From positions 1,719 to 65,718 of the forward strand of contig CACAVP010000004.1 in the NCBI GenBank assembly GCA_902535975.1: DNA of 64,000 nt, given 5' to 3'. The stretch comes from an uncultured Gammaproteobacteria bacterium (GTDB lineage Bacteria > Pseudomonadota > Gammaproteobacteria > GCA-002705445 > GCA-002716945). How positions within the stretch are numbered: the stretch's first letter is position 1; every line of letters begins with the position of its first letter. The notes under the pieces are model-generated. The model had not been told where the DNA came from. It saw only the letters and a list, made by a program, of their open reading frames with translations, and made no database searches. The translations under genes were made by a program, and so were the position numbers. This document shows positions 60,824 to 64,000 of this stretch, piece after piece.

Positions 60824-60968
60824 ATTGATAGATCATTTTGCTACTAGTTTAATACTATATCAAGTCTTTTTTTTCTTTCTATACACATCAACATACCCAT
60901 CAGCCATCTCAATTTTTAAATGATCATTATTTTTAGCAAGTACAGAATTTTTAATGATTCTATATTTT

Positions 60969-61835
60969 TTATCTCAATAAAAATATTCTTGATGCATCAA
61001 TAATTTTCAATTGAATGTTTAATGATTTTGTTATTTTTTTTACTTCATTCACCTCATTCTTTCTAAGAAGCCCTGTATCAATAAAGATACATGTCAATTG
61101 TTTTCCGATTGCTTTGCTGAGAATCGCAGCAACTACTGAAGAATCGACGCCACCAGATAGTGCAAGAATTACTTTTTCTTTTGCTATTTCTTGTTTAGCT
61201 TTTTCTATTAGGCTTTTACTAATACTACTTGCCGTCCATGATTTTTTACAATCACATATTTTACTAAAGTTATCGAGTATTTTCCTCCCTATTTTTGTAT
61301 GAGTCACCTCGGGATGGAACTGAAGTCCAAAAATATTCATTTTACTAGAGTAAATCGCCGCAATTTTTGAGTTAGTGCTGCTACCTACAGCTATAAATCC
61401 CTTTGGTAACTTATCAACTTTATCTGCATGACTCATCCAAACACTACATTGCTTAAGATTATTATTACATCCATTAAATAAATTTATTTTTTTATTTATT
61501 TTAAATATAGAGTGCCCGAATTCTTTTTTTACAGACTTTACTACGGTGCCTCCAAATTCTTTTGCTATCAATTGCATCCCATAGCATATGCCTAGAATTG
61601 GGATCTTAAGGTTGAATATGTCCTTCCTGGGCCTCAGAGTTTTACTAAAATTGACTGAATTTGGACCTCCGCTTAATACTATACCTTTGGGATTCAACTC
61701 TCTAATTTTACTTACAGAAATGTTATATGGCTCTACTAAACTATAAATACCAAGCTCTCTAATTCTTCTGGCAATAAGTTGAGTGTATTGTGACCCGAAA
61801 TCTAAAATGAGTATTAAATCTCTATTTCTTGTCAT
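60969..61835 (-). pseudogene. guaA: GMP synthase (glutamine-hydrolysing), 3'-truncated: GATase domain plus only the start of the ATP-pyrophosphatase domain
   Basis: The ORF is 288 aa, against about 525 aa for bacterial GuaA. The GATase triad contexts (ILGICYGMQ, FHPEV) and the P-loop LALSGGVDSSV are intact. The ORF stops at ...IDASRIFLLR*, at about the E. coli RFLSAL position. Only 145 bp remain before dksA. Confidence 0.8.
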
Positions 61836-63325
61836 TATCTAGACTGATAGTTCGGAGGCTCTTTAACAATAGCTACATCGTGTGTATGGCTCTCAATTTT
61901 TGATGAGCTGGATACTTTGATGAAATTCGTTTTCGTTTTCATTAATTTAATATTTTTACATCCCAAATAGCCCATACTTGATTTCAGCCCTCCTGTTAAC
62001 TGATGAAGAATAGATTTCATGGTGCCTTTATACGGAACTCGACCCTCTATCCCTTCTGGGATAAGTTTTTTACTTTCATTTTGGTGTTCTTGAAAATATC
62101 TATCTTTTGACCCACTTTGCATGGCACCAATTGAGCCCATACCTCTGTATGATTTATAAGTCCTTCCCTCAAACATTTCAACTTCACCGGGCGCTTCATC
62201 TGTGCCAGCTAACAGTCCTCCCAACATAACTGTATCAGACCCAGCAGCAATTGCTTTAGCTATGTCTCCGGAGTAACGTACACCTCCATCTGCAATGAGT
62301 GGTATTTTGAATTTTTTAGAAATTTTTGCACACTCATATATTGCAGATAATTGAGGAACTCCAACGCCTGCAACTATCCTAGTAGTGCAAATGGATCCGG
62401 GTCCAATCCCAACTTTAATGGCATCTGCACCATTTTTTATAAGTGATTCTGCAGCATCGGCTGTAGCAATGTTCCCGGCAATTACTTGTTGAGATGGATA
62501 ATTTTTCTTAATAAATTTCAGCATATCTATAACAGACTTTGAATGGCCGTGTGCGGTATCGATTGTTATGACATCGACATTTTCGTTTATTAGCGCATGA
62601 ATACGATCGATAGACTCTGAATTAGTACTAACTGCTGCTCCAACAATCAAGCTGCCATTATTATCCTTCGATGCATTAGGATAGGTAGATGATTTTTGAA
62701 TATCTTTAAACGTAATCATCCCTTTTAGTTGATTCTTCTTGTTTACAATGAGTATCTTTTCAATTCTATTAGTTCGCAGTAGTTGTATGACTCGCTTTTT
62801 TGAATAATTTTCATTGACAGTCACCAGTCTTTCTTTAGGTGTCATTATTGATGTCACTTTAGTGTTGATATTCTCAACAAATCTTAGATCTCTATTTGTG
62901 ACAATCCCAATTAGCTTGTCTTTATCTACGATTGGTACACCAGAAATTCCATATTTTTCAGTAATATTATTTATCTCTTGTACGGTAGATTCGGCCGATG
63001 CAGTTATGGGGTCATTAATCACTCCACTCTCATATTTTTTTACAAACCTTACTTGCTTTGCCTGATCTTCAACAGATAAATTTTTATGGATAATACCAAC
63101 CCCGCCCTCGCTTGCTAGACTAATCGCCATTTGTGACTCAGTCACTGTATCCATCGCAGCAGATAAAATAGGGATTTTAAGGCCTATCTCTCTGGTAAGC
63201 TGGGTAGATAAATCAACGTTGACTGGAAGTATATCGGAATAAGCTGGAACAAGTAGAACGTCATCAAACGCTAGAGCTTCATCGGAAAATACTTTAGATC
63301 TCGATTGATGTGATCTTGCTACCAT
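61835..63325 (-). CDS. guaB: IMP dehydrogenase
   Basis: The 496-aa product has [10 protein letters not shown], an inserted tandem CBS pair, the catalytic Cys loop [11 protein letters not shown], and [12 protein letters not shown]. Confidence 0.95.
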   Translation of the reverse strand: MVARSHQSRSKVFSDEALAFDDVLLVPAYSDILPVNVDLSTQLTREIGLKIPILSAAMDTVTESQMAISLASEGGVGIIHKNLSVEDQAKQVRFVKKYESGVINDPITASAESTVQEINNITEKYGISGVPIVDKDKLIGIVTNRDLRFVENINTKVTSIMTPKERLVTVNENYSKKRVIQLLRTNRIEKILIVNKKNQLKGMITFKDIQKSSTYPNASKDNNGSLIVGAAVSTNSESIDRIHALINENVDVITIDTAHGHSKSVIDMLKFIKKNYPSQQVIAGNIATADAAESLIKNGADAIKVGIGPGSICTTRIVAGVGVPQLSAIYECAKISKKFKIPLIADGGVRYSGDIAKAIAAGSDTVMLGGLLAGTDEAPGEVEMFEGRTYKSYRGMGSIGAMQSGSKDRYFQEHQNESKKLIPEGIEGRVPYKGTMKSILHQLTGGLKSSMGYLGCKNIKLMKTKTNFIKVSSSSKIESHTHDVAIVKEPPNYQSR

Positions 63326-63367
63326 TCTATATTATACATATAAAAACATTATCCGAAAAGTACAAAG

Positions 63368-64000
63368 ATGAAAATATATACAGTATCTGAATTAAACTTA
63401 GAAGCAAGAGAAGCAATGTTACTTGCTTTTGAGTATCCCATATCTGTTAAAGGTGAGATTACTGACTATAGAACCTCTAAGGGACATCAATATTTTAGAT
63501 TAAGAGATCAGAATGGAAAATACACAGTTGATTGTGTAATTTGGAAAAATGAACATCTAAATATAAAAGTCTCAGACTATATAGATATGCAAGTCATAGC
63601 TAATGCTAAAGTTGATTTCTACTCAGGATTCGGAAAATTTCAATTGAATGTCTCCGATATATCAGAATTTGGTGATGGTTTTTTAAAAAAAGAAATTGAA
63701 AGATTAAAATCAAAACTCTCTAAAGAAGGAATTTTCGATCTTAAAAAAAATATACCTATGTTTCCAGAGAACATTGGTGTTCTCACTGCGAAGGATAGTC
63801 ATGCTCTAAAGGATGTATGCTCAAAATTGCAGGAAAAATATCCTCTTGCTAGAGTATACGTATACCCATCAACAGTTCAGGGAGCAACAGCCCCAATGAG
63901 CTTGATAAAAATGCTAAACAAAATTAATAAAGATAATATTGCAGATGTACTACTTATTGTGCGTGGCGGAGGATCATTACAAGATTTAATGGCTTTTAAT
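63368..64000 (+). CDS. xseA: Exodeoxyribonuclease VII large subunit, 5' part (runs off the right edge)
   Basis: This ORF is not in the supplied track because it has no stop in the window. My own translation from ATG 63368 reads MKIYTVSELNLEAREAMLLAFEYPISVKGEITDYRTSKGHQYFRLRD...VLLIVRGGGSLQDLMAFN. It has an OB-fold N-terminus and the RGGGS motif. It is divergent from guaB, as in E. coli. Confidence 0.85.
   Translation, partial: MKIYTVSELNLEAREAMLLAFEYPISVKGEITDYRTSKGHQYFRLRDQNGKYTVDCVIWKNEHLNIKVSDYIDMQVIANAKVDFYSGFGKFQLNVSDISEFGDGFLKKEIERLKSKLSKEGIFDLKKNIPMFPENIGVLTAKDSHALKDVCSKLQEKYPLARVYVYPSTVQGATAPMSLIKMLNKINKDNIADVLLIVRGGGSLQDLMAFN

Noticed and set aside
60841-60970. A possible remnant of the missing guaA 3' half. 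A +1-shifted minus-strand reading gives KKYRIIKNSVLAKNN..., faintly like the GuaA KRKIIG block.
   Set aside because: The similarity rests on only 4-5 residues in an AT-rich, Lys/Ile/Asn-biased background, and I cannot assess its significance by eye. I mention it only as something to test when examining the truncation.

Overview
This is a gene-dense, AT-rich core-chromosome segment (roughly one-third G+C by eye, not computed). It looks like a streamlined Gammaproteobacterium; a free-living marine or symbiont lineage is my guess only. I call about 66 CDS and 2 tRNAs. I saw no rRNA, CRISPR array, transposase or integrase, and no unexplained intergenic gap longer than about 150 bp. Left to right the content is:
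- a membrane-protein fragment and a porin;
- argD-argF;
- on the minus strand, kdsD-kdsC-lptC(like)-lptB-rpoN-ptsN-EIIA(Man)-NPr-EI, preceded by yrbG;
- a remodelled mla locus (mlaA, mlaC, RND/MMPL exporter) next to murA-hisG-(DAHP synthase)-hisD;
- a degS-like protease;
- petABC-sspA, rsmI, carAB;
- a DAACS transporter with tpx;
- rlmE-ftsH-(PD-(D/E)XK nuclease)-folP-glmM-tpiA-secG-tRNA-Leu;
- a PNPOx-like gene;
- the complete nuoA-N operon;
- tRNA-fMet-rimP-nusA-infB-rbfA-truB-rpsO-pnp;
- dksA, a truncated guaA, guaB and the start of xseA.
Synteny follows the E. coli map closely, so deviations stand out. The main ones are:
1. The MlaFEDB ABC transporter slot is occupied by MlaA plus an RND-superfamily exporter. 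This is my best candidate for an undescribed system, a pmf-coupled Mla-like lipid-trafficking module.
2. A single LptC-like protein carries an LptA-like C-terminal tail, and there is no separate lptA.
3. guaA is cut off after the P-loop.
4. A phage-like PD-(D/E)XK nuclease is translationally coupled to folP.
5. A complete sensor-type PTS phosphorelay is fused to the rpoN operon, and hpf and rapZ are absent.
6. DksA lacks a Zn-finger.
All functional calls come from reading motifs in the supplied translations. No database search was run.
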